Assembly: GCA_040877285.1 (NCBI GenBank)
Contig: JBBDNZ010000207.1
Coordinates: 1-52,821 of the forward strand
From: Xanthobacteraceae bacterium
Lineage (GTDB): Bacteria; Pseudomonadota; Alphaproteobacteria; Rhizobiales; Xanthobacteraceae
Direction: 5' to 3'
Length of the DNA: 52,821 bases
Positions 1 to 8,966 of this stretch are shown here, piece by piece; the stretch's first letter is position 1; every line of letters starts with the position of its first letter. The notes below the pieces were generated by a model. That model searched no databases, had not been told where the DNA came from, and saw nothing but the letters and a program-made list of their open reading frames with translations. The position numbers and the translations under genes are program-made.

Positions 1-175
1 AAGTGCTCCGATTCGAGACCGAGGCGTCCCGCGCGATCCCGATCGCCGCATTGACCTCATCCAGCATACCATAGGCGGCAACGCGCAGATCGTATTTCTT
101 GCGCCGGGCGCCACTGCCGAGCGCGGTGGTGCCGTCGTCGCCGGTTCGGGTGTATATGCGATTGAGGATGACCAT
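1..175 (-). CDS. ATP:cob(I)alamin adenosyltransferase, PduO-type (N-terminal part; gene runs off the left edge)
   Basis: Minus-strand translation from the ATG at 175 reads MVILNRIYTRTGDDGTTALGSGARRKKYDLRVAAYGMLDEVNAAIGIAR, matching the conserved N-terminus of PduO-type adenosyltransferases. It is absent from the ORF track because the window edge truncates it. Confidence 0.8.
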   Translation of the reverse strand, partial: MVILNRIYTRTGDDGTTALGSGARRKKYDLRVAAYGMLDEVNAAIGIARDASVSNRST

Positions 176-185
176 CTCACTTCCC

Positions 186-377
186 TCAGCGTCCCATGGC
201 CCAGATCGCAGCCATGATAACGATAATGGCGATGAACTGCAGCAGCACGCGCAACCGCATCAATTTCTGCGACGTGTTTGCCGGCCCCCCGCGCATCATG
301 TTGACAAGACCGAGCACGAGCACGATGGCCACGGCGGCGACGGCGAGGGGAACGAGATTGTTCAAGAAATTCGACAT
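186..377 (-). CDS. HIG1-domain / twin transmembrane helix small protein
   Basis: 63-aa ORF with two hydrophobic helices joined by MMRGGPANTSQKLMRLRV, as in HIG1-like twin-TM proteins. It ends 10 nt upstream of the adenosyltransferase start. Confidence 0.75.
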   Translation of the reverse strand: MSNFLNNLVPLAVAAVAIVLVLGLVNMMRGGPANTSQKLMRLRVLLQFIAIIVIMAAIWAMGR

Positions 378-457
378 CGTTGCGCCCTTTTAGCAGCATG
401 CCTGCATTTGGGCCACGGGTGTTTCGTTGTGGCCCCGTCGAGCGCGGCTTTGCAATG

Positions 458-904
458 TTACGTGGCCAGATGCTTCTCGATCTCGTGCACGGGAAGTTTG
501 ACCAAATCCTTGTCGATCTCGGCGCGCAGCGCCCGGCGTAAGCCATGCGAATAATACTGCCGGATAACGCCCAGCGCACGCGGCGGGGCGGCAATGATCA
601 ATGATTTTGTCTCGCCTGCCTGGATAGCGGTATTGAGACGAGTCGCAAGTTTTTCCAGGAAGTAATTTTCCGCCTGGGTGTGCCAATCGGTCTGTTCCAT
701 CGCGCTACGACGCGGGCCGGCCGATTGAATCGAGCGGCCGGGTGCATCGGTGCCCTGCTCATGTGTCGGCAAATCTTCCTGCTGGTATACTTCCTTAGTC
801 TTGAAATTGGGAAACTTCTCATCGCCAACGTTTTCCAGCACCAGTGCCTTAGCTCCGTCGCAAACCACGATCCATTCGCCCTGAGGGATTTTCATTTTGG
901 CCAT
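458..904 (-). CDS. host attachment protein family
   Basis: Start trimmed to MAKMKIPQGEWIVVCDGAKALVLENVGDEKFPNF. The N-terminal block and the C-terminal LVKLPVHEIEKHL are typical of the alphaproteobacterial host-attachment-protein family. Confidence 0.7.
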   Translation of the reverse strand: MAKMKIPQGEWIVVCDGAKALVLENVGDEKFPNFKTKEVYQQEDLPTHEQGTDAPGRSIQSAGPRRSAMEQTDWHTQAENYFLEKLATRLNTAIQAGETKSLIIAAPPRALGVIRQYYSHGLRRALRAEIDKDLVKLPVHEIEKHLAT

Positions 905-1012
905 CGAACAGCACTCCTTCAAAACCCAACCGATAACAACACTCCGATCGACCAAGGGTCAACTGCGGAAAAGCGGTTGAGCCGCCGTTCGAGCAACGAC
1001 GCGCGCCAGCTC

Positions 1013-2683
1013 TCAATCGCCGGTGTTCAGCAGACGCCGCGCAATCACTTGAGCGAGGATTTCCCCCGAACCTTCAAGGATATTGAGGGCCCGGGCGTCG
1101 CACAGGATGCGCGAGACGGGAAACTCCACCGCCAATCCGTTGCCGCCGTGAATCTGTACTGCATTGTCGGCCGCCGCCCAGGCGACGCGCGCGGCCAGCA
1201 GCTTAGCCATCGCCGCCTCCAGATCGCAGCGCCCGTGGGAATCCTTCGTGCGCGCAACGGAATAAGTGAGCTGGCGCGCCATTGCGATTTCAGCCGCCAT
1301 CATCGCGATTTTGTCGCTGACGCGGGGAAAATTCACGATCGGCGCGCCGAATTGCATGCGCTGTCCCGAATAGCCGATAGCCTGATCCAGGGCCGATTGA
1401 GCGACGCCAACCGCCCGCGCTGCGGTCTGGATGCGCACGGTTTCGAAGGTTTCCATCAGCTGCTTGAAGCCAATCCCTTCGACATCGCCAAGCAACCCGG
1501 ACACCGGCACCTCGAAGCCGTCGAAGACCAACTCGAATTCCTTCATTCCGCGGTAGCCGAGCGAGACGATTTCGTTTCCCGAAATGCCGGACGCCGGGAA
1601 GGGATTGTCGTCGTTGCCGCGCGGCTTTTCGGCAAGCAGAATGGAGAGGCCGCGCTGGTCGATTTCCTTCAGATTCGTGCGCACCAGCAGCAGCAGCAAA
1701 TCCGCCCGCGCCGCGTGCGCGATCCAGGTCTTGCTGCCGTGAACCCTGTAGACAGCGCCCTGCCGCACGGCCCGCGTGCGAATCGAGGCAAGATCGGAGC
1801 CGCTATTCGGTTCGGTGAAGGCCGCGGCGGGTAACGCGATGCCAGCAGCGATTTTCGGCAGCCAACGACGTTTCTGCTCTTCGCTGCCGTGGCGAAGGAT
1901 GAGCTCGGCGGCGATCTCGGCGCGCGTGCTGAGCGAGCCGACGCCGATATAGCCGCGCGATAGCTCCTCGGAGACGACGCACATCGCCAGCTTGCCGAGT
2001 CCTAGGCCGCCGAAATCTTCCGGGATGTTGAGGCCGAAGACACCAAGCTCAGCCATCTGGGCGACGATATCGAGAGGGATATATTCGTTCGACAGGTGCC
2101 AGCGCTGCGCCTGCTGGATCACGCCGCTGACAGTGAACTTACGCATCTCGTCGCGGATGGACTCCAGGGTGTCATCCAGACCGGGTGTTCCAGTGGTGGC
2201 TTCCTGTTGCGTGCGCAACAGCTCGGCAAGGCGCGCGCGCCGTTGGGCGATATTGCCGGAATCGATCAACGTCTCGATTTGGGCATTCATGTACCGTGAA
2301 AGATCCGCCCGTGTGAATCCAAGGTCGGCGGGGCGCGCCAGCTCGCCTTGGCTCATGGGAATGCCGCCGAATATCTGCGCGATGTATTCGCCAAGGCCGA
2401 TGCGGACAACGAGTTCGTCGATCTCGCTCAGCCCGTCCGCCAAATGGATGCGGTCCGCGTAGGCGGCAAATTGCCGTATCGCTTCGACATAAGTGGCAAG
2501 CCACGCAAGCGCGTGAGCGGCCCGCTGCTCGCGATCAAAGATTCGCGTCACGGGACGGCCGTCGACGGTGACGCGGTCGCGCAATTTGGCGGTCGCGTCG
2601 GCCAGCAGCTGCCCCATCGTTCCGGCAGCGCCCAAGGCCATGGTGATCAGATTGTCCGCGCCCTCCGGGCTGGCACGCAGCAT
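1013..2683 (-). CDS. acyl-CoA dehydrogenase family protein with a roughly 170-aa N-terminal extension
   Basis: 556-aa ORF with ACAD blocks AAFTEPNSGSDLASIRTRA, GSKTWIAHA and IHGGNGLAVEFPVSRILCDARALNILEGSGEI. Confidence 0.85.
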   Translation of the reverse strand: MLRASPEGADNLITMALGAAGTMGQLLADATAKLRDRVTVDGRPVTRIFDREQRAAHALAWLATYVEAIRQFAAYADRIHLADGLSEIDELVVRIGLGEYIAQIFGGIPMSQGELARPADLGFTRADLSRYMNAQIETLIDSGNIAQRRARLAELLRTQQEATTGTPGLDDTLESIRDEMRKFTVSGVIQQAQRWHLSNEYIPLDIVAQMAELGVFGLNIPEDFGGLGLGKLAMCVVSEELSRGYIGVGSLSTRAEIAAELILRHGSEEQKRRWLPKIAAGIALPAAAFTEPNSGSDLASIRTRAVRQGAVYRVHGSKTWIAHAARADLLLLLVRTNLKEIDQRGLSILLAEKPRGNDDNPFPASGISGNEIVSLGYRGMKEFELVFDGFEVPVSGLLGDVEGIGFKQLMETFETVRIQTAARAVGVAQSALDQAIGYSGQRMQFGAPIVNFPRVSDKIAMMAAEIAMARQLTYSVARTKDSHGRCDLEAAMAKLLAARVAWAAADNAVQIHGGNGLAVEFPVSRILCDARALNILEGSGEILAQVIARRLLNTGD

Positions 2684-2903
2684 GTCTCGCTCCGTCCACG
2701 GACAAGCGGTTCGCTCTCCGGGCGGCGGACACTAGCCGGGCAGGGCACGAATGCAAGGTTTGCAGGGAAAGCCTTTACCGCAGACCGGGTAGTCGAATGG
2801 TAATACTTTGCTACATTTTAACCATTTCGTTGTTTCTTAAGCATATTCGCTCGCTCCAGGGCAGGCTGTCCCGTCGGGGAGCACGCTATTTCACGAGAGA
2901 TAA

Positions 2904-4913
2904 ATGATTGTAACTAAAAAGATTTTTCGGCAAGCCCTGTCCGTTCGCGCGCGTATCGTCGCCCTCGCTCTCATTCCGGTCGCGGGTTTTCTCGCCAACG
3001 GCATCGTATTTACCTCAGGCGAAGCCGACGTCGCCGCCGCCTTCGCAAGCGTTAAACGCGCCGCCGTGCTTTCCGACGCCAGCCACGATTTCAAAGCGGC
3101 GCTCGCCTCCATGCGCCTTACCGTGCGCGATTTTACCTCGACGCCGGACGCGAGCCTGGTTTCCGCTTTCGATGAAAGTTACCGGGTGGCGAACAACAGT
3201 CTCGATATCATCGAACATTCCCTAACCGAGAAAGAGCGCACGGACCTCATGGGCGTGCGCGATCGCCTCACCTCGGTGACAAAGTCCTTCCGCGAACTGG
3301 TCGAGAAGCAGGAGCTTCTCGGTTTCACCGACGACGAAGGCATCAGGCAGCGGCTACAGGAAGCGGCCCGGAATGTCGCGCACTTTATCAACGTAGACGC
3401 AGCCAAAGTGGAAACGACCTGGCTGCGCGAAGGCGATGCGCAGAAACTGCTGATCTCGCTCATAACACTGCGTCGCTATGAATCGGATTACCGGCGGCAG
3501 CGGAAGGAATTTCTCGGCCAGCTTTTTGCCAGCGAATTTGACCGCTTCAATAAGATTTTTGCCACCGTCAACGCTCCTGCCGAGACGAAGCAGCAGCTGA
3601 CGCGCGAAGTGAAAGCCTATGCGGACGCGCTTAAGGAATGGGGCGCCACGGTCGAGAAAATCGAACCCTACGTCACCATTATCAATATCGAGATCGAGCA
3701 AATGCTGCCGTTGGCCAACACCATTATCGAGTCGGTGCAGCAGACGTCAGCGCTTGCCTCGCAAACTCTGGCCCGCTCGCAGAGCCGCACCAAGAGCATC
3801 ATTATCTGGGTCGGATTTACAGCCGTATTCATTGGGCTGATCTTCAGCTGGCTGATCGGGCGCAGCATTACCCGGCCGCTCAATGGCCTCGCCGCAGTCA
3901 TGAAACGACTTGCCGACGGCGATACTTCGGCAAAAATTCCGGCAACCAAGCAGAGCGACGAGATTGCCGCGATGGCGCGTACGGTCCTCGTCTTCCGCGA
4001 CAACATGATCGAGCGCCAGCGGCTGGCCCGGGTTCAAGAAGAAACGGGTCGCGCGCGCGAGGTTCGCAGCGAAACGATCGCGACGAAAATCGCGCATTTC
4101 GAAAACTCCGTTAATCAAGCGCTGGCAAAGGTGCGTGGCGCCGCGGGAAGACTGGAATCCACCTCAAGCCAGCTCAACAGCGCCGCGGATGCGGTTTCGG
4201 CCGAAGCGCGCACGGCGGAAGAGCGCGTCGGCGACGCTTCAAGTAACGTGACCGCGGCGGCAGGTTCGGTGGATGAACTCGCGGCCTCCATTGCAGAGAT
4301 CGCGTCGCAGGCGACGAAATCCACCGAGGTTGCGGGCCGCGCGGTTTCCGAAGCGGGTCGCACCGCGCAAACAATGACGGAGCTTAGCACCGCCGCCACC
4401 CGGATCGGCGAGGTGATCGGACTTATTCAAGCGATCGCGGGACAGACAAACTTGCTGGCGCTCAACGCCACCATCGAGGCCGCCCGCGCCGGAGAGGCTG
4501 GGCGCGGCTTTTCCGTGGTGGCTTCGGAAGTCAAGACACTGGCTGCGCAGACCGCGAGAGCCACCGAGGAAATTGCCGGGCAGATCGGCTCGATCCAGTC
4601 GGCCGCCGCCGACGCGGCGCAGGCTATTGAACAGGTCAATTTCATCATCGAGGAAATGTCGTCGATCGCCTCCACCGTCGCCGGCACGGTGGAGGAACAG
4701 ACCGTGGCTGTCGGGGCGATCGCCGAAGGCGTCAACCGGGCCTCCTCCGACGCGCGTACCGGCTCCGAGGCGATGAGCCGGGTGGCCGGGGCGACCACCG
4801 ACGCCCGCGCCACGGCGGCCGACGTCAAGTCGCTCGCCGACACGCTCGCGCTGGAAGCCGAAAGCCTCGAAAGAGAGGTTCGCCGCTTTCTCAACGAAGT
4901 GCAGGCCGCCTGA
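2904..4913 (+). CDS. methyl-accepting chemotaxis protein (TM, periplasmic domain, TM, HAMP, signalling domain)
   Basis: N-terminal TM segment, second TM (IIIWVGFTAVFIGLIFSWLIG), HAMP-like SITRPLNGLAAVMKRLADGD, and the signalling hairpin core [37 protein letters not shown]. Confidence 0.9.
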   Translation: MIVTKKIFRQALSVRARIVALALIPVAGFLANGIVFTSGEADVAAAFASVKRAAVLSDASHDFKAALASMRLTVRDFTSTPDASLVSAFDESYRVANNSLDIIEHSLTEKERTDLMGVRDRLTSVTKSFRELVEKQELLGFTDDEGIRQRLQEAARNVAHFINVDAAKVETTWLREGDAQKLLISLITLRRYESDYRRQRKEFLGQLFASEFDRFNKIFATVNAPAETKQQLTREVKAYADALKEWGATVEKIEPYVTIINIEIEQMLPLANTIIESVQQTSALASQTLARSQSRTKSIIIWVGFTAVFIGLIFSWLIGRSITRPLNGLAAVMKRLADGDTSAKIPATKQSDEIAAMARTVLVFRDNMIERQRLARVQEETGRAREVRSETIATKIAHFENSVNQALAKVRGAAGRLESTSSQLNSAADAVSAEARTAEERVGDASSNVTAAAGSVDELAASIAEIASQATKSTEVAGRAVSEAGRTAQTMTELSTAATRIGEVIGLIQAIAGQTNLLALNATIEAARAGEAGRGFSVVASEVKTLAAQTARATEEIAGQIGSIQSAAADAAQAIEQVNFIIEEMSSIASTVAGTVEEQTVAVGAIAEGVNRASSDARTGSEAMSRVAGATTDARATAADVKSLADTLALEAESLEREVRRFLNEVQAA

Positions 4914-5010
4914 TCGGCTCTTCATGGCGGGGAAGCCGCGCGGCAGCCCCTTGCCAATCGCGCCCCGATAGACAATCTCAGGTCCGGTTATACATCATCC
5001 GGAGAGCGCC

Positions 5011-5868
5011 TTGAGGCTTCTTCGCCGGTACTGGCGCATTACGCTCGGTGCTTACGACCACTTCCTTGCCGCCGACGGTTGGGCGATCGCGAGTCATATC
5101 GCGCTGTCGACGTTGATGGGTTTGTTTCCCTTTCTGATCGTGGTGACTTCGCTCGCCGGTTTTTTCGGCTCGAAAGACCTTGCCGATCAGGCCGCCCGGC
5201 TCTTGCTGGAGGCATGGCCCGTGGAGGTGTCGCAACCGATCGCGCGCGAAATCCACAGTGTTCTGACCGTTACCCGCAGCGACATTCTCACCATCGGCGC
5301 GGTTTTCGCCGTCTATTTCGCCTCCAGCGGCGTGGAGAGCCTGCGCATTGGACTCAATCGCGCCTATCGAACGGATGAAAAGCGCCCGTGGTGGCTGCTG
5401 CGGCTAGAATCGATCGGTTACGTGCTGGTCGGCGCGGTGGCGCTGCTCGCCCTGACTTTTCTTGTGGTGCTGGCGCCGCTGATCCTCGCCAAGGCGGAGA
5501 GATATCTTCCCTTCGCGGGAAATCCTTTCTTCTGGGCCTTGACGTTCATGCGCTATGGAACGGCGTCGGCGATCCTAATCGTCGCTCTGGTGCTTGTGCA
5601 TTTGTGGTTACCTGCGGGACGCCGCAGCCTTCCGGACATCGTACCGGGCATCATTGCCACGCTGCTCTTGTGGCTCGCTAGCGGCGCGCTATTCGGCCGT
5701 TATCTGGCGGAATTCGCGGTGAACTATGTCAGCATGTATGCCGGCTTGGCCTCCGCGATGATCGCGCTGGTCTATCTCTACGTGAATGCCTGTATTTTCA
5801 TCTACGGCGGCGAGCTCAACGCCGCCATCATGCGGCTGCGGACACAGCGTGCCCAGAAAAGCGCTTGA
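5011..5868 (+). CDS. YihY/BrkB family membrane protein
   Basis: TTG start. The N-terminus AADGWAIASHIALSTLMGLFPFLIV and the C-terminal block YGGELNAAI are typical of YihY/virulence factor BrkB proteins. The protein is polytopic. Confidence 0.8.
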   Translation: MRLLRRYWRITLGAYDHFLAADGWAIASHIALSTLMGLFPFLIVVTSLAGFFGSKDLADQAARLLLEAWPVEVSQPIAREIHSVLTVTRSDILTIGAVFAVYFASSGVESLRIGLNRAYRTDEKRPWWLLRLESIGYVLVGAVALLALTFLVVLAPLILAKAERYLPFAGNPFFWALTFMRYGTASAILIVALVLVHLWLPAGRRSLPDIVPGIIATLLLWLASGALFGRYLAEFAVNYVSMYAGLASAMIALVYLYVNACIFIYGGELNAAIMRLRTQRAQKSA

Positions 5869-5871
5869 GCG

Positions 5872-7113
5872 TCATTTCGGTACAGCCGCGGCAATGGCTG
5901 ATGCGAGCATTCTCGGGCTAATCGGTTTCGTGAGATAACCGTTCATACCGGCGGCATGGCCCTTCATCTCGTCGCCGGACGTGGTGCGCCCGGAAATGCC
6001 GATGATCGGCACGCGCCCATGCGGTGGCGGCAAGGCGCGGATGCGCCGCGTCGCCTCAACGCCATCGGTGCCGGCCAGCATCACATCCATGAGCACCAGA
6101 TCGTAGGTGTTGCGTCGCACGGCTTCGACCGCCGTCTCGGCGGTGCCGACGAAATCGGCATGGTGCCCGAGCTCGGTCAAAATCGTATTCAGCACGACAC
6201 GGCCGAAGGGATTGTCCTCCGCACAGAGAATCTTCAGCGCGCGTGCCGAGGCGCCGCTGCGCCGTCTTCCGTCGATTCCGGGCGCGGGCGCGAGGGAGGC
6301 GGTCGTCTTCTCGACCACGGCAGTCAAACGAAATGTGCTGCCGCCGCCGGGCATGCCGCTGACTGTCAAATCCCCGCCCATTGCCTTGGCCACACGTTTG
6401 ACGAAGACGAGGCCCAAGCCCGCGCCGCCGTAGCGGCGTACGATCGCATCGTTGGCCTGAGCGAAGGGCCGGAACAGCCGTTTGATCTCCGACGGCTTGA
6501 GACCGATTCCGCTGTCAGCGACGGCAAAGTCGAGCCGGATGCGGCCGCGTGAAAGAGGCGTCGCGGTCACGGTGAGCCGGATCTTCCCGCTGTCGGTAAA
6601 TTTCACCGCATTGTCGATGAGATTTTCCAGAGCGGCGCGCAGCCGGACCGCGTCTCCGATAACGCTTTCCGGCAGGTCCTTGGCAATCGCCGTCTCAACA
6701 TGCAGACCTTTGGTTTCCGCGCGTGCGGCGAGCGACGCGGCAATCGAATCGACAAGACGCCGCAGGCGGAACGGCTCGCGCCGCAACATCAGACCTTTAG
6801 CTCCGGCTTTCGCCGAATCGATGGTGAGGTTGACGAGCGAAGCGAGATGCTCGGCCGTGTTCTTGACGCCGGCAGCCCAGCGCGCCTCCCGTTCACCCAA
6901 GCCGGAAGTCGCCAGCAGTTCGCCCAGCGCCAAAATGCCGGTCAGCGAAGTACGGATTTCATGCGCAAACGAGGCCAGCGCCAGCTCGGTCTGACGCGTC
7001 TGTTGCGGCGCCGGACGCCGTTTGCGCGGACGCGATTTTGCGCGCGATCGCGTGCGCGCTGATGTCGATGGCTTGCGCGGCATGAAGCCCCCGGCCCCGG
7101 CCATTCCTAGCAT
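5872..7113 (-). CDS. hybrid sensor histidine kinase/response regulator without a recognisable sensor domain
   Basis: H-box FAHEIRTSLTGI, ATPase blocks DSGIGL and GGAGLGL, and a C-terminal receiver (ILCAEDNPFGRVVL, LVLMDVMLAGTDG, YLTKPI). Alternative in-frame starts lie at 7104 and 7083. Confidence 0.85.
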   Translation of the reverse strand: MLGMAGAGGFMPRKPSTSARTRSRAKSRPRKRRPAPQQTRQTELALASFAHEIRTSLTGILALGELLATSGLGEREARWAAGVKNTAEHLASLVNLTIDSAKAGAKGLMLRREPFRLRRLVDSIAASLAARAETKGLHVETAIAKDLPESVIGDAVRLRAALENLIDNAVKFTDSGKIRLTVTATPLSRGRIRLDFAVADSGIGLKPSEIKRLFRPFAQANDAIVRRYGGAGLGLVFVKRVAKAMGGDLTVSGMPGGGSTFRLTAVVEKTTASLAPAPGIDGRRRSGASARALKILCAEDNPFGRVVLNTILTELGHHADFVGTAETAVEAVRRNTYDLVLMDVMLAGTDGVEATRRIRALPPPHGRVPIIGISGRTTSGDEMKGHAAGMNGYLTKPISPRMLASAIAAAVPK

Positions 7114-7146
7114 GGCATGGCGCCGGCCGAGGAGCCATCGTTGAAG

Positions 7147-8013
7147 TCAGGCGAGGCCCGCTATCCGGCGGATGTCGGCGGGTGTCAGCCCTTGCGCGCG
7201 CAACTCCCGCAGGGCCGTCGAGCGCGTGGATTTGGCGAGCTTGCGGCCGTCCGTATCGAGCAGCAGCCGGTGATGACGATAGATGGGCGCCGGCAGGCCG
7301 AGCAGCGCCTGTAACAGCCGATGCACGCTGGTTGACCAGAACAGGTCTTGGCCGCGCACCACGTGGGTTACGCCTTGCGCGGCGTCATCGACCGCCACGG
7401 AAAGGTGGTAGCTGGTCGGCGTTTCCCGGCGCGCCAATACCACATCGCCCCAGGCCGCGGGTGAGGCTGCGATAGTGCCGGTTTCGCCTGCCGGACCACT
7501 GCCAGTCTCAATCCAGGTAAGAGCAGCAACCTGAGCCAAAGACGCGGCCATATCGAGGCGCAGCGCGTAGGATTCGCCCGCTGCAATCCGCCGGGCGCGT
7601 TCGGCTGCCGGGATATTTCTTGATACGCCGGGATAGAGCGGCGTCCCGTCGGGATCGCACGGCCACGTACCCTCCGCCTCGCGCTCGGCCACGAGGCGCG
7701 CGATCTCGGTCCGGCTTTCGAAGCTTGGATAAACGAGGCCCATGCTCTCAAGCCTGGCAATGGCGGACCGGTAGTCGTCGAGATGCTCGGACTGCCGCCG
7801 TACCGGCTGCTCCCAGGCAATGCCGAGCCAGGCGAGATCCTCATAGATCGCCGCCTCATATTCCGGCCGGCATCTTGTCCGGTCGATGTCCTCGATGCGC
7901 AGCAGGAAGCGTCCGTCCGCCGCCCGCGCCATCTCGAAGTCGATGAGCGCGGACAAGGCGTGTCCGAGATGCAGATAGCCGTTTGGACTCGGCGCGAAGC
8001 GGAAGACAGTCAT
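7147..8013 (-). CDS. gluQ: glutamyl-Q tRNA(Asp) synthetase
   Basis: Start trimmed to MTVFRFAPSPNGYLHLGHALSAL (class I HIGH-type motif). Length about 288 aa with a KLAKS motif near the C-terminus, consistent with the truncated GluRS paralogue GluQ. Confidence 0.85.
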   Translation of the reverse strand: MTVFRFAPSPNGYLHLGHALSALIDFEMARAADGRFLLRIEDIDRTRCRPEYEAAIYEDLAWLGIAWEQPVRRQSEHLDDYRSAIARLESMGLVYPSFESRTEIARLVAEREAEGTWPCDPDGTPLYPGVSRNIPAAERARRIAAGESYALRLDMAASLAQVAALTWIETGSGPAGETGTIAASPAAWGDVVLARRETPTSYHLSVAVDDAAQGVTHVVRGQDLFWSTSVHRLLQALLGLPAPIYRHHRLLLDTDGRKLAKSTRSTALRELRAQGLTPADIRRIAGLA

Positions 8014-8087
8014 GCTTGTCACCTGCGGACTTGACCCGCGGGTCCATCTTCGAGGCATAAAGACTTCCACGTCGGAAGAATGGCATC

Positions 8088-8111
8088 GGAACTCGGGCTC
8101 GCCCGAGTTCC
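8088..8111. repeat. intergenic hairpin 1 (10-bp stem, 4-nt loop)
   Basis: GGAACTCGGG-ctcg-CCCGAGTTCC, read directly from the sequence. Confidence 0.8.
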
Positions 8112-8124
8112 GCGTGAGGGAGCG

Positions 8125-8152
8125 CCGCAAGTCGGGTATACCCGACTTGCGG
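8125..8152. repeat. intergenic hairpin 2 (perfect 28-nt palindrome)
   Basis: CCGCAAGTCGGGTATACCCGACTTGCGG is its own reverse complement. It shares the core TCGGG-N4-CCCGA with hairpin 1. Confidence 0.8.
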
Positions 8153-8182
8153 TGTCAAGCCCGGCAACGGCAAAGGCGGAGC

Positions 8183-8854
8183 ATGACGGCAGAACTCGAC
8201 GGTCCGCGGCTGGAGCCGCGCGGGGGCAGGTCACGGCAGCTTGTGGTGTTTCTCCACGGCTATGGCGCCGACGGCAACGACCTGATCGAGATCGGCCGCG
8301 CCTGGCAGCCGCTCCTGCCGCAGGCGGCCTTTGTCTCGCCGCATGCGCCGGAGGCCTGCGCGCAGGCGCCGACGGGGCGGCAATGGTTCAACCTCACCTT
8401 CCGCGATCCGCACGAACGCTGGACCGGCGTCAGTGGTGCCGCGCCCGTCTTGGAGCGTTTTCTCGATGCGGAACTTGCGCGCCGCCAGTTGCCGCCTTCG
8501 GCGCTGGCGCTGGTCGGATTCAGCCAGGGCACCATGATGGCCCTGCACGTCGGCTTGCGGCGGGCGGCTACTCCCGCCGCCATCGTCGGCTATTCGGGCC
8601 TCTTGGCCGCGCCGCAGAATTTCGATCCCGACGTCTTTGCCGCCGAGATCCGCAGCAAGCCGCCGGTGTTGCTCATCCACGGAGCGCAGGACGACCTCAT
8701 TCCCGCCACGGCCCTGTTCCAAACCGCACAAACCCTGGCAACCCTGGAAGTGCCGGTGGAATGGCATCTTTCCCCCGGTATCGGCCACGGCATCGACCAG
8801 GAAGGCCTGCGCCAGGGCGGCGATTTCCTGGCGCGGCGGTTCAGGTTTGGCTGA
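8183..8854 (+). CDS. alpha/beta hydrolase, phospholipase/carboxylesterase family
   Basis: Start trimmed to MTAELDGPRLEP, preceded by AGGCGGAG. Blocks VVFLHGYGADGNDL, nucleophile elbow GFSQGTMMAL and LLIHGAQDDLIP are present. Confidence 0.8.
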   Translation: MTAELDGPRLEPRGGRSRQLVVFLHGYGADGNDLIEIGRAWQPLLPQAAFVSPHAPEACAQAPTGRQWFNLTFRDPHERWTGVSGAAPVLERFLDAELARRQLPPSALALVGFSQGTMMALHVGLRRAATPAAIVGYSGLLAAPQNFDPDVFAAEIRSKPPVLLIHGAQDDLIPATALFQTAQTLATLEVPVEWHLSPGIGHGIDQEGLRQGGDFLARRFRFG

Positions 8855-8966
8855 TCTGGGCGGTTGCGAGTAACCCCTGGAAGGCGCTTCACAATCCCGT
8901 CATGCTCCCTGTAGATTATGGGCAACGCGCCTGGCGACAGGCGCGACGGCGTGAAGGAGCGTCGCC

